Source: Dehalococcoidia bacterium (GTDB taxonomy: Bacteria > Chloroflexota > Dehalococcoidia > Bin125). Taken from it: a DNA stretch of 64,000 nt. This document shows, piece after piece, positions 25,235 to 35,240 of this stretch. Made by a program: the position numbers and the translations under genes. The stretch covers positions 1,376,001-1,440,000 of the forward strand of contig OY820591.1 of assembly GCA_963555985.3 (NCBI GenBank), in the 5' to 3' direction. The notes below the pieces were generated by a model. It saw nothing but the letters and a program-made list of their open reading frames with translations. It searched no databases and was not told where the DNA came from. The stretch's first letter is position 1. Every line of letters starts with the position of its first letter.

Positions 25235-26836
25235 TCAGAGCGGAATGTTGCCGTGCTTCTTGGGCGGCGAAGTGTCAACTTTGTCGGCGAGCATGTCCAG
25301 TGCGCGGATGACGGCGGAACGGGTGTCGCGGGGATCGATCACGTCGTCGACGAAACCCAACTCGGCGGCCTGGTAAGGGCGGTAGAACTCGGCTTCGTAT
25401 TCGGCGACCAGCTTCTTGCGCTCGGCGTCCGGATCCTCAGCGGCGGCGATCCGGCGGCGGTGGATGATGTTGACGGCGCCGTCGGAGCCGGTGACGGCGA
25501 TTTGAGCGGTCGGCCAGGCGAGGTTGATGTCTGAGCGGAGGTGTTTGGAAGACATGACGACATAAGCGCCGCCGATCGACTTGCGCAAGGTGACGGCGAC
25601 TTTGGGCACGGTCGCTTCGGCGTAGGCGTAGAGCAGCTTCGCGCCGTGGGCGATGATGCCGCCGTATTCCTGCTGGGTACCCGGTAGGAAACCCGGTACA
25701 TCAACGAGAGTGACGATGGGGATGTTGAAACAGTCGCAGAAGCGGACGAAGCGGGCGGCTTTGCGGGAAGCGTCGATGTCGAGCACGCCGGCAAGGGTGT
25801 CGGGATCGTTGGCGACGATGCCGACGCCGTGACCGCCCATGCGGGCGAAGCCGATCGCGATATTGCGCGCCCACTGAGCCTGGATCTCCATGAACTGGCC
25901 GTTGTCGACCATTGCGTAGATCACGTTGCGAATGTCGTAAGGGCGGGTCGAGTCGGCGGGCACGAGATCAAGAATGTCGTCGAGGCGGCGGTCGCTGGAA
26001 TCGCCGGTGTCGGTCCAGGGGGCTTCTTCCATGTTGTTCTGAGGGAGGAAGGTGAGCAGTTGGCGGACGCTGTTGAGGGTCGCCTCCTCGCCCGGGATGC
26101 AGAAGTGGGCGACGCCGGTGCGGGTGGCGTGGGTGAGCGCGCCGCCGAGGTCTTCATGGGTGACCTCTTCACCGGAGACGGCGCGGATCACGTCGGGGCC
26201 GGTAATGTACATCTGGCCGGTGCCTTGGACCATGAAGATGAAGTCCATGATCGCGGGGGAGTAGACGCCGCCGCCGGCGGCGGGTCCGGCGCAGACGGCG
26301 ATCTGAGGGACGAGGCCGGAGCTGAGGGTGTTGCGGAGGAAGATCTCGCCGTAGCCGCGCAGGGAGGTGACGCCTTCCTGAATGCGCGCGCCGCCGCCGT
26401 CGTTGATGGCGACGATGGGCGCGCCGACCTTCATCGAGAGGTCCTGCACTTTGACGATCTTCTCGGCGGCTGCTTCGGAGACCGATCCGCCGTAGAGGGT
26501 GAAGTCCTGGGCGTAGGCGAAGACGGTGCGGCCGTCCACGGTTCCATGACCGACTACAACGGCATCGCCTTCGGGGCGGTTGCGTTCGAGTCCGAAACCT
26601 GAGCCGCGATGCTTGACAAACGGGTCGATCTCGGTGAAGGAGCCAGCGTCGAAGAGGATGTCGAGGCGTTCGCGGGCAGAGAGTTTGCCGCGGGCGTGCT
26701 GGCGCTCGATCGCGGCGGCGCGGCTCTCGGGCAAGCCGTTGAGTCGGCGAGCCGCCATTTCTTCCAAGAGGAGATCGATTCCGCGTTGGCTGGTTTGATC
26801 GCTTTGTGGTCGTTCTTGGGCGGGGTCAGAGACCAT
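25235..26836 (-). CDS. Acyl-CoA carboxylase carboxyltransferase subunit (PccB/MmdA-like)
   Basis: QHARGKLSARER, DGGGARIQEG, VDVPGFLPG, KKHGNIPL. Confidence 0.95.
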   Translation of the reverse strand: MVSDPAQERPQSDQTSQRGIDLLLEEMAARRLNGLPESRAAAIERQHARGKLSARERLDILFDAGSFTEIDPFVKHRGSGFGLERNRPEGDAVVVGHGTVDGRTVFAYAQDFTLYGGSVSEAAAEKIVKVQDLSMKVGAPIVAINDGGGARIQEGVTSLRGYGEIFLRNTLSSGLVPQIAVCAGPAAGGGVYSPAIMDFIFMVQGTGQMYITGPDVIRAVSGEEVTHEDLGGALTHATRTGVAHFCIPGEEATLNSVRQLLTFLPQNNMEEAPWTDTGDSSDRRLDDILDLVPADSTRPYDIRNVIYAMVDNGQFMEIQAQWARNIAIGFARMGGHGVGIVANDPDTLAGVLDIDASRKAARFVRFCDCFNIPIVTLVDVPGFLPGTQQEYGGIIAHGAKLLYAYAEATVPKVAVTLRKSIGGAYVVMSSKHLRSDINLAWPTAQIAVTGSDGAVNIIHRRRIAAAEDPDAERKKLVAEYEAEFYRPYQAAELGFVDDVIDPRDTRSAVIRALDMLADKVDTSPPKKHGNIPL

Positions 26837-26963
26837 GGCTGATCCGTGTCTGAGTGCTCGTTCGGGTCTGCTGCACCGCAGGCGGAGGCGGGATGTGAGT
26901 ACGCATCCGTATCGGCGGTGAGGCTACCACAGGGATACGATGGGGTTGTAGAGCGAGCGCGAC

Positions 26964-27635
26964 TTAGCCGGGCGGTTCGGGGTTGGATTGCTGCTCTTGG
27001 ACGGGTTCGGGTTCCGGTTCGGGCGGCGGCGGGATGCAGAGGACCTGTCCGACCTGGATGTTGTTGGCATCGGCCTCGGTGATTCCGTTGTATTGCGCGA
27101 TGTCGCGCCAGGTGAGTCCGTAGGCAAAGGCGATGTCGGCGAGCGAATCTCCCGGCTGGACGGTGTAGTTCTCAAAGCACTCGCGCGCCGCTCCGGCGTC
27201 GGCGGCTTCGCCTGTGTCTGAGCTCTCCGGCGCGGCCGCGCCGCAGCCGCCTTCGCGGATGGGAATACGCAGTTCCTGTCCGATGCTGATCTGGGTGACG
27301 TCGACGATCGTGTTGAGGCGCTGGATTTCGGCGATGGTGAGGCAGAAGGAGGCGGCAATGCCGGCGAGCGTGTCTCCGGGCTGGACGATGTAGACGGTCT
27401 CGGTGATTGGTTCGGATTCGATCGTGATGTCGTCGCGGAAGAAGTAGGGTTCGGGGAGCGGGTCGGGGAGTGCTTCGACAGGGATTTGGGCGGGGTCGGC
27501 GGTGGTTTCGCCCTCGACTGCGGTGGGCGTTGGGGCAGCCCCCTGTTCGTCGGAGCCGCCGATTCCGCATGCTGACAGGACCAGCGCGGGGGCGAAGATG
27601 AGCGTGAGCAGGGTGGCGGGGCGGCGGGAAAGCAC
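26964..27635 (-). CDS. Lipoprotein with two LysM domains
   Basis: Lipobox VLSAC; YIVQPGDTLAGIA...IGQELRIP and YTVQPGDSLADIA...VGQVLCIP; GTG start inferred. Confidence 0.88.
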   Translation of the reverse strand: MLSRRPATLLTLIFAPALVLSACGIGGSDEQGAAPTPTAVEGETTADPAQIPVEALPDPLPEPYFFRDDITIESEPITETVYIVQPGDTLAGIAASFCLTIAEIQRLNTIVDVTQISIGQELRIPIREGGCGAAAPESSDTGEAADAGAARECFENYTVQPGDSLADIAFAYGLTWRDIAQYNGITEADANNIQVGQVLCIPPPPEPEPEPVQEQQSNPEPPG

Positions 27636-27658
27636 GGCTCTAGTGTCGCACGTTGCGG

Positions 27659-30337
27659 CTATTGCGGATCGCTGCAATCCAGGGCTGGACGGATCTGGGC
27701 TTCTGATCGTTCCAACATGCATTGCAGGACATGCTCGGAGATGCGTGCGACTGCGGTGAAGACCACTGCATCGAAATTGCTTGCGTTGTCGGCGATAGTG
27801 TTCATGATGCCTGCCGCGGGCAAGGGGAAGAAGGTGGCGACGCCGGCTCGGTCGAAGGGGTAAGCGTCCGCCCATCCGCCACGCTCCAACGAGGCAACCT
27901 CAGTCCCAAGCTGTTCGGCAAGACTCGAGATAAGCGGAGGAAGTTCGTCGCCTCCCACCGAGAGATAGAGTTGCGTGTTGCCGGAGGCGATGGCGTCGAG
28001 ATTGAGCATGTAGCGCACATCGGCGATCTCGCCCGATTCTTGGAGCCGGCGCACGTACTCCTGGGAGCCATAGATTCCGACCTCCTCGGCCCCGAAGCCG
28101 ACGAAGCAGAGCTGCTCGGCGGCGGGATGATCGGCGTAGATGCGGGCGAACTCGAGCATCAGGGCGGTACCGGAGCTGTTGTCGTTGTAGCCGGCCGTCC
28201 GATGCACAGTGTCGTAGTGCGCTCCAACGATCACGCTGCATGTCGCGTCGGGCCGCTTGGCGACGATGTTCTGAGATTGGTCGGTTTCGCCCTGTGAGGG
28301 TGAGACGGCGATCTCATCTCCGGCGTGGTTGGCGAGGTTGAGGCCTTGAATGCGGGGAAGGCCGAGCACCGGAATGGGGCTGCGGTAGCCGGCTAGGTCT
28401 CCTACCAGCCATTCGTTGTCGTTGTTGATGATGATCAACGCTGCCGCCCCTGCCTCAACAGCGTGCCGTGCTTTCTCGGCGAAGGTCAGCTGTCCGCGTC
28501 TGACCGACACCACCGCGCCGGACGCGTCCAGACCTTCATAGTCAGCCGCGCCCCCGTCCCCTTCGATCATCAGTAGGCGTCCGTCAGTCCCCTCAGTGCT
28601 GGAATTGCGAAAGCGCGAGGCTGCGATGTCTTCTTTGTCGCTCAGGAAGATCTGGACGTAGGGATATTCGACCGAGTACTCGAACGGCTCTAAGCGAGTG
28701 TCATAGCCATATGCGCGGAGGACAGCGGCGATGTGTTCGGCGGCGGCGAACTCCTCGGGCGAGCCGGAGGGACGCGGGCCAAGTGTTTCGGCGAGTTCGA
28801 TGACAGCTGAGGCAGCTTCCGCGTAGTCAAGGGCCGGAGGTGTCTCGCGTGCGTGCTCCTCGCTGCAAAACAAAGCCGACTTGATTGTTGCGCCGAGGTC
28901 GAAGAGGAGGCAGGTGAGGATGGCGTGGGCGAGTCGGCCTGCTTCGGCGGTGAGCTGGCGATTGAGGTTGTCGAAGTTGTCGGCGGGGACGTGGATGGCT
29001 GCGCCGTTGTAGTTCGGGAAGATGACATCAATGCCGGCGTTTGCGAATGACAGGTGGTCGGAGCCGACGCCCATCGGCAGGCTTCCGCGCCGGGCCGGGA
29101 TTTGGAGCTGCTCAGCCAGGTAGAGAGCTTGGTCTTGCAGGTTTGGGCTGCCCACAAATGTGAGCGGCGGATTGCCGTCGCCGATGGCGTCGAGGTTGAG
29201 CATCGCTTCGACCCGCTCGAGCAAACCGCGTTCTTGGAGATCGGCGACGAAGGCGCGGGAGCCGTGCAGTCCCAGTTCCTCCGCGCCGAAGCCGACGAAG
29301 CAGATGAAGCGCGCGCTGTCGGCGTCTTGCCAGGCTTGCGCCAGGGCAACGGTGATTGCTGTTCCCGAAGCGTTGTCGTTCGCGCCCACGACCGAGGGCA
29401 CGGTGTCGTAGTGACCGCCGACCACAATGCGGCACTCGCCCTCCGGCTTGTGCGCGATCACGTTGACGCTGGACTGTGAAGCATCGCCGATGACGATTTC
29501 GGCGGCCTCGCCCAGGCGCTCGCGCAGGAGCCGGCCCTCCCAGGCAGAGACGCCCACGACCGGCAGATCGACGGCAGGTTCGACCGTGCCGACGAAGGGC
29601 GAATCGTCGGTGTTGACGACGATCAGGGCGACTGCTCCGGCAACACGCGCGTTTTCGGCTTTCTCGGCGAAGAACAGCCTGCCGCGGTCGACGATCGCGA
29701 TTGCGCCGGTCACGTCCACTGATGCGAAGTCGTTCGCGCTGCCGACTCCGGGAACGTTGACGAGCGCTCCTTGCGCGGAGCGTTGGGCGGCACCCTGCAT
29801 GAGCAGCGCGGAGGCGAGCGTCTCGCCGTCGATTCGGATTGTCGTCAGGATCGCGCCGGGCGTGTAGGTGAACGGCGTGAGTTCGACTTCATAGCCAAGT
29901 GAGCGGAAGGTCTCGGCGAGATATTCGGCGGCGACCAGATCCGCGCCCGAGTTGGCGACGCGCGGCCCGATCAGGTTGGTGAGGTGTTCGATGATCGCGA
30001 GCGCGTACTCGGGGTCATAGTCGGCCGGGGTGAGGTCGCCGCCCGTGTAGCTGAGGCTCTCAGACTGCACCGGCTCGCTTTGCAAGTCCTCGGTCTCTTG
30101 CTCGGTTTGCCGCTCTTGCTCCTGTTGGGGCTCGGGTTGTTCGGCGGGAGGCGGCTGTGGACGCGCTTGTTGCTGCTGTTCTTCAAGGGCTGGTGATTGC
30201 GCCGGTTCGGTCTCGGCTTGCGGCGCGGGTTGCGACGGCGGTTCTTCGTCGCCACAAGCGGCGGCAAGCGCCACGGACACGGCCAGCAGCGTCGAGAAAG
30301 CGGAGAGAGAGACGGAGCGAATGCGAGCGAGACGCAT
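27659..30337 (-). CDS. Lipoprotein with two tandem PA + M28 peptidase modules
   Basis: Lipobox LAAAC, Q/E/P-rich linker, twice (G/A)HYDTV...G.NDN.SG...GFGAEE.G..GS...MLNLDAI. Confidence 0.9.
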   Translation of the reverse strand: MRLARIRSVSLSAFSTLLAVSVALAAACGDEEPPSQPAPQAETEPAQSPALEEQQQQARPQPPPAEQPEPQQEQERQTEQETEDLQSEPVQSESLSYTGGDLTPADYDPEYALAIIEHLTNLIGPRVANSGADLVAAEYLAETFRSLGYEVELTPFTYTPGAILTTIRIDGETLASALLMQGAAQRSAQGALVNVPGVGSANDFASVDVTGAIAIVDRGRLFFAEKAENARVAGAVALIVVNTDDSPFVGTVEPAVDLPVVGVSAWEGRLLRERLGEAAEIVIGDASQSSVNVIAHKPEGECRIVVGGHYDTVPSVVGANDNASGTAITVALAQAWQDADSARFICFVGFGAEELGLHGSRAFVADLQERGLLERVEAMLNLDAIGDGNPPLTFVGSPNLQDQALYLAEQLQIPARRGSLPMGVGSDHLSFANAGIDVIFPNYNGAAIHVPADNFDNLNRQLTAEAGRLAHAILTCLLFDLGATIKSALFCSEEHARETPPALDYAEAASAVIELAETLGPRPSGSPEEFAAAEHIAAVLRAYGYDTRLEPFEYSVEYPYVQIFLSDKEDIAASRFRNSSTEGTDGRLLMIEGDGGAADYEGLDASGAVVSVRRGQLTFAEKARHAVEAGAAALIIINNDNEWLVGDLAGYRSPIPVLGLPRIQGLNLANHAGDEIAVSPSQGETDQSQNIVAKRPDATCSVIVGAHYDTVHRTAGYNDNSSGTALMLEFARIYADHPAAEQLCFVGFGAEEVGIYGSQEYVRRLQESGEIADVRYMLNLDAIASGNTQLYLSVGGDELPPLISSLAEQLGTEVASLERGGWADAYPFDRAGVATFFPLPAAGIMNTIADNASNFDAVVFTAVARISEHVLQCMLERSEAQIRPALDCSDPQ

Positions 30338-30368
30338 CAGTCAGGGCGCACGTTGGAGACGGTTGCGC

Positions 30369-30773
30369 TTAGCGTCGGCGCAGCCAGTCGCGCAGGCGCT
30401 GGATGCCGCCCTGGTTCGGGGTGTCGTAGCTGATGTAGCGGTCACGCCAATATCCACCTCGCGGTTGACCGGTCGCGCGTCCGCCCCCGCGCGACGTCCA
30501 GAAGAGTCCGATCACGAAGATGATCACTCCTGCGATCACCATCCACATCCCTACGCCGCGCAAACGCAGCACCAGACCCACGATGAGCAGCAGCGCGCCG
30601 AACAGCATCAGGTGCCCGGCTGTTAAGGCTGCCGCGCGGTTGAGAACGGCGTTGCCGAAACGTTGCAGTGCGCGCCGAAGTGGTCCGGGGCGGCGCTGCT
30701 GTCGACGCCGCCAGTCGAAGTCTTCGATGTTCGACAGTACTTCTTCCACGTCGCGTTCGAGGCGGTCGGACAT
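30369..30773 (-). CDS. Hypothetical membrane protein (2 TM)
   Basis: SD GGAG; RLERDVEEVL N-terminus, two hydrophobic helices, YWRDRYISY tail. Confidence 0.75.
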   Translation of the reverse strand: MSDRLERDVEEVLSNIEDFDWRRRQQRRPGPLRRALQRFGNAVLNRAAALTAGHLMLFGALLLIVGLVLRLRGVGMWMVIAGVIIFVIGLFWTSRGGGRATGQPRGGYWRDRYISYDTPNQGGIQRLRDWLRRR

Positions 30774-30822
30774 GTCTGACTCTCCGCAGCAATCATTTCG
30801 GCGGCAGGGAGGCCCGCTGCGC

Positions 30823-32451
30823 CTAGTCTACCGCGCGCTTGGACGAATTGGCAGCCGCATCGCCCCATCCGCCTCCGCCAGGGGTTTCGAGCCGGATCAC
30901 TTCCCCGATCGCAACGTTGATGATTGTCTTGCCCGGGAGCGGCTGCACGATTGGTTGTCCGTCGGCGTCCGCGGTTTCGAGGCCGTTGCGTCCCGGCGTT
31001 CCCGCGCCGCCGCCCTGCGCGCCCCACGGCGATTGACTGCGGCGTTCGGTGATCAGGGTGACGCGAGCGGGTCCCAGGAATTGGGTGCGTCGGATCAGTC
31101 CGTGTCCGCCGCGATGGAATCCGTCGCCGCCGGACTGTGGGCGGATGCTGTTTTCGACGACGCGGAGCGGATAGGCGAGTTCGAGGGCTTCGGCGGGAGT
31201 GTTGAGCGTGTTGGTCATGTGCGAGTGGGCGGCATCGAGGCCGGATCCTTCGGGCCCGGCTCCGAGTCCGCCACCGCTGGTCTCGTAGTAGGCCCAGGGG
31301 CGGCCGTTGCGGGGGTCGATCCCGCCGGCGGTCAGGTTGTTCATCGTCCCGCTGGATGCGGCCGGCATTCGTTCCGGCAGAATCTGAGCGAATGCACCCC
31401 AGACCGTATCGACGATCCTTTGGGAGGTCTCGACGTTGCCGGCGGCGACAGCGACGGGGGGCTGTGCGGCGACGACGGAGCGTTCGGGCAGGGTGAACGC
31501 AATCGGTCGGAACAGCCCGCCGTTCATCGGCGTGTCGGGCGGCAAGAGGCAGCGAATCACGTAGTAACAGGCCGAGCGAGTGACCGGAGCGACGGCGTTG
31601 ATCGAGGCGGCGCGCTGGGGCGCGCTGCCGGAGAAGTCGAAGTGGGCGCGATCTTCCTCGAGTGTGAGCGCCAGCTTGATCGGAACCGGCTCGTCGGAAT
31701 GGCCGTCGTCGTCGAGGGCGTCCTCGAATTGCCACTGACCATGCGGGAGTTCGCGGAGCGCGGCGCGGGTGAGGCGCTCGCCGTAGTCGAGCAGTGCGGC
31801 AGTCGTGCGCTCGTAGAGTTCGAGGCCGTAGTCGTCGTGGAGGGCGGCGATGCGGCGCTCGCCCAGGCGTTGGGCGGCGACTTGGGCGGCAAAGTCGCCG
31901 CGGCGCTCGTCGGGCGTGCGCACGTTGCGGAGGATCAGCGTGAGCGCCTCCTCAACCAGCTCGCCCTGTCGGTAGAGCCGGATCGGAGGAATCACGATGC
32001 CTTCCTGGATCAGCTCTTCGGCGACAGGCATGGAGCCCGGGGCCATGCCGCCGATGTCGGCTTGGTGAGCGCGGCTGGCGACATAACCGATTGGATCGGC
32101 GCTGGATTCGGAGAAGACCGGTGAGACCATCGTCACATCGGGCAAGTGGGTACCGCCCAGGAAGGGGTCGTTGAGGATGGCCAGATCGCCTGGCCGCCAG
32201 GGAGCGAGCGCTTCAACAGCGCGCACGGATTCGGGCATCGCGCCGAGGTGGACGGGGATGTGGGCCGCTTGCGCCAGCAGTTGGCCGTGACGATCGAAGA
32301 CCGCGCAGGAGAAGTCCGCCCGTTCCTTGATGTTGGGCGAGAGCGCGGTATGGCGCAGGGCTGCGCCCATCTCCTCGGCGATCGACGACACCAGCGAGTC
32401 GAAGATCGCCAGTCGCGCGGGATCGATGGATTGGTCGCTTGCCGTCGTCAT
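30823..32451 (-). CDS. Hydantoinase B/oxoprolinase family protein
   Basis: SPNIKERADFSCA, HIPVHLGAM, NDPFLGGTHLPD, HQADIGG, ETPGGGGWG; ATGA overlap with the A subunit. Confidence 0.95.
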   Translation of the reverse strand: MTTASDQSIDPARLAIFDSLVSSIAEEMGAALRHTALSPNIKERADFSCAVFDRHGQLLAQAAHIPVHLGAMPESVRAVEALAPWRPGDLAILNDPFLGGTHLPDVTMVSPVFSESSADPIGYVASRAHQADIGGMAPGSMPVAEELIQEGIVIPPIRLYRQGELVEEALTLILRNVRTPDERRGDFAAQVAAQRLGERRIAALHDDYGLELYERTTAALLDYGERLTRAALRELPHGQWQFEDALDDDGHSDEPVPIKLALTLEEDRAHFDFSGSAPQRAASINAVAPVTRSACYYVIRCLLPPDTPMNGGLFRPIAFTLPERSVVAAQPPVAVAAGNVETSQRIVDTVWGAFAQILPERMPAASSGTMNNLTAGGIDPRNGRPWAYYETSGGGLGAGPEGSGLDAAHSHMTNTLNTPAEALELAYPLRVVENSIRPQSGGDGFHRGGHGLIRRTQFLGPARVTLITERRSQSPWGAQGGGAGTPGRNGLETADADGQPIVQPLPGKTIINVAIGEVIRLETPGGGGWGDAAANSSKRAVD

Positions 32452-34472
32452 GGGATTCGCCTCAGCAACAAGCTGCCGTTCGGTAGTGGTTCGGCATACC
32501 AACCCGGAGGGATCAGCGTGGTCGTGTCGAGTTGGACGACAATAGCCGGTCCGCCGAGGCGCTCCCTGACCAGGCCGCGCTGGAGCACTCGGGTTGGGCG
32601 TTCCTGATCCCAGACGACCGGGACGATGTGGTCGATCGCTCCCGCGTCCGCAGGCGCGACGGCGCGGAGTCCGCCCTGATAGCCCTTCGCGCGGGCTTTG
32701 GCTCGCGCAGTCACGACTTCGACCGGAGTTTGAGGGGTGGCGAAGGCGAAGCGCTCGCTGTGGGCGGCGTGAAAGGCATCCCGGATCGCGGACATGTCGT
32801 CGAACTGCGACAGAGGCACAGTGAGTTCGTGGGACTGACCGGCATAGCGGAGGTCGGCGGCGAATTCGATCTGGACACCGTCGCGGTATCCATCAATCCC
32901 GATTTCAGTCCGGGCCTGGTCTGCAATCTCGCGGAAGGCTTCGGCGAGTTGAGTGTGCTCGCCCGAATCCGCCGGATCGAGAGTGATGTGGAGGCCGCGC
33001 TCGGCGTCGCGGGTGATATCGGCAATCAACATCCCGGCCGCGCTCAACACACCGGGAGCGGCGGGGATTAACGCTTGGGGGATACCCAGCGCGTCGGCGA
33101 GATCGCAGGCGTGGAGCGGCCCTGCGCCGCCAAAGGCCACGAGCGTGAAACGGGCCGGGTCGTAGCCGCGTTCGACAGAGATCACTCGCAGCGCGCGAGC
33201 CATGTTGGCGTTGACGACATCGATCACGGCTCGCGCGGCCGTGCGTAGATCGTTCTGGAACGGCTCGGCGATCGTTGCGATCGCTGCGCGTGCGCGTTCC
33301 AGGTCAAGTTCGACCGATCCGCCGAGCTGCTGTTCCGGGCGTAAGCGTCCGAGTACGGCGTGGGCGTCGGTCACAGTTGGCAGATCACCGCGACCGTAGG
33401 CTGCCGGCCCGGGGTCCGCACCAGCGCTCTGGGGACCGACTCGCAGCGCGCCGCCGGCGTCGAACCAGGCGATCGAGCCGCCGCCGGCCCCAACCGTGTG
33501 CAGATCAACGGCGGGCGTGCGGATGGGCATGTCGTCAAGGATCAGATCGGTTCGTTCCAGCAGGCGTCCCGGACAGAGCGCGACATCGGCGGAAGTTCCG
33601 CCCATATCGAACGTGATCGCGTTGGCGAAGCCTGCTTCGTCGGCCGCGGCGAACGCGCCCGCGACGCCTCCGGCCGGGCCGGAGAGCACGGTACGGACGG
33701 CGTTGCGTCCTGCGGCGGCCGCGCTGAGGCTGCCGCCGTTCGACTGCATGATTCGCAGTCGTAAGGCGTCGCCGGGCCCGGTGCTGCGCTTCGCCAGCGA
33801 TGATTCGAGTTGATCGAGGTAGTGCGTCATGACGGGCGCGAGATATGCGTTCGCAGCGGTCGTGCTCATGCGCTCGTACTCGCGGTGCTGGGGAAGGACT
33901 TCGTGGGAAGCGGAGACGGCGAATCCGCGCTCGCGCGCACGATCCGCGGCGGCCTGTTCGTGTACGGGATTGATAAAGCTGAAGAGGAAGCAAATCGCGA
34001 TCGTGCGAGCGGTACTGTCTGCGATCGCGTCAAGCACGCGCTCCAGTCCGTCGAGATCCAGTCCGGTGACGACTTCACCGTCGGCGGCAATTCGCTCCTC
34101 CACCTCGAAGCGCAGTTCAGTAGGAATCAGCGGCGGTGTGCGCACTGGATGGAGGGCGTAGAGGTCGGGTCGCGCTTGGCGGCCGATCACGAGGGTGTCG
34201 CGGAATCCGGTGGTCGTAATCAGGGCGGTCGGCGCTCCGGTGCGGGTGAGGAGCGTGTTCGTGGCGACGGTAGAGCCGTGCACGACTTCGGTTGGCTGCC
34301 AGCCGAGGGCATTCAGACCGTCCAGGATGGCTCGTCCGGGATCCGCTGGCGTGGACGGGCGCTTGGCGATCCGGACTTCACCGGCTTCGTCGAGGTAGAC
34401 GAAGTCGGTGAAGGTGCCGCCGACATCGACGCCCAACAAGCGCCGGGGGTGCTGAGACGCGGGAGTACTCAT
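32448..34472 (-). CDS. Hydantoinase A/oxoprolinase family protein
   Basis: GVDVGGTFTD, HGSTVATN, SGPAGG, DMGGTS, GAGGGS, AFGGAGPLHA. Confidence 0.95.
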   Translation of the reverse strand: MSTPASQHPRRLLGVDVGGTFTDFVYLDEAGEVRIAKRPSTPADPGRAILDGLNALGWQPTEVVHGSTVATNTLLTRTGAPTALITTTGFRDTLVIGRQARPDLYALHPVRTPPLIPTELRFEVEERIAADGEVVTGLDLDGLERVLDAIADSTARTIAICFLFSFINPVHEQAAADRARERGFAVSASHEVLPQHREYERMSTTAANAYLAPVMTHYLDQLESSLAKRSTGPGDALRLRIMQSNGGSLSAAAAGRNAVRTVLSGPAGGVAGAFAAADEAGFANAITFDMGGTSADVALCPGRLLERTDLILDDMPIRTPAVDLHTVGAGGGSIAWFDAGGALRVGPQSAGADPGPAAYGRGDLPTVTDAHAVLGRLRPEQQLGGSVELDLERARAAIATIAEPFQNDLRTAARAVIDVVNANMARALRVISVERGYDPARFTLVAFGGAGPLHACDLADALGIPQALIPAAPGVLSAAGMLIADITRDAERGLHITLDPADSGEHTQLAEAFREIADQARTEIGIDGYRDGVQIEFAADLRYAGQSHELTVPLSQFDDMSAIRDAFHAAHSERFAFATPQTPVEVVTARAKARAKGYQGGLRAVAPADAGAIDHIVPVVWDQERPTRVLQRGLVRERLGGPAIVVQLDTTTLIPPGWYAEPLPNGSLLLRRIP

Positions 34473-34518
34473 GGCGAATCAGTCTAGGCGCGCCGGGTGC
34501 TGTGAGTGTTGCGATTGC

Positions 34519-34547
34519 TTGACCGCGTGGGGAGTCGCTCATAGCGT
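34519..34547 (+). promoter_or_regulatory. Probable sigma70 promoter of rplY
   Basis: TTGACC-17 nt-TAGCGT, 40 nt upstream of the ATG. Confidence 0.5.
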
Positions 34548-34586
34548 CAGCGAGAGCAAGCGGATCTGCGATGAGAGTGGTTGAGC

Positions 34587-35237
34587 ATGGCTGAGGCAAC
34601 CGAGTTGGTGCTGCATGTCCAGCGCCGCAACGTGACCGGCAAGAAGGTCAAGCAGCTGCGGCGGCAGGGCATCGCGCCAGGGAATGTGTACGGACGCGGG
34701 CTGGAATCGGTCGCGGTACAGGCCGAATTGTCGCAAGTGCAGCGGGTATTCCGCAGCGTCGACCGCAATGCGGTCGTGCAGCTGACCGTGGACGGCGAAG
34801 AGGAGATTCCGGTCGTGTTGCGCGAGGTGCAGCGGCATCCGGTCTCGGGCGAAGTGCTGCATCTCGACTTTTACCAGGTTGATTTGACCCGCGTGATCCA
34901 CAGTGAGGCACGGCTCGTGCTCATTGGTGATCCGGAGGCGGTTGCGAAGGGCGGCACGCTCGTGCAGTCGCTCGAGTACATCATGCTCGAGGCGCTGCCG
35001 ACCGACATGCCGTCGGAACTCGAAGTCGATGTCTCCGTACTGACCGATTTTGGTCACAACGTCCTAGTGCGCGACCTCGTGCTTGCGGAAGGCGTGCGAG
35101 CGCTCACGGACGGCACCATTGGCGTTGCCACCGTGCTCGCGCCGCGTGTTGCGGAAGAGGACGAGGAACTGGAAGAGGACATCGCGATCGAAGGCGAGGA
35201 ACCGGCGGCCGAAGAGGAAGCCGCAACAGAGGCGTAG
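34587..35237 (+). CDS. rplY: 50S ribosomal protein L25/Ctc
   Basis: GKKVKQLRRQGIAPGNVYG, REVQRHPV, HLDFYQV, acidic tail. Confidence 0.95.
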   Translation: MAEATELVLHVQRRNVTGKKVKQLRRQGIAPGNVYGRGLESVAVQAELSQVQRVFRSVDRNAVVQLTVDGEEEIPVVLREVQRHPVSGEVLHLDFYQVDLTRVIHSEARLVLIGDPEAVAKGGTLVQSLEYIMLEALPTDMPSELEVDVSVLTDFGHNVLVRDLVLAEGVRALTDGTIGVATVLAPRVAEEDEELEEDIAIEGEEPAAEEEAATEA

Positions 35238-35240
35238 GCT

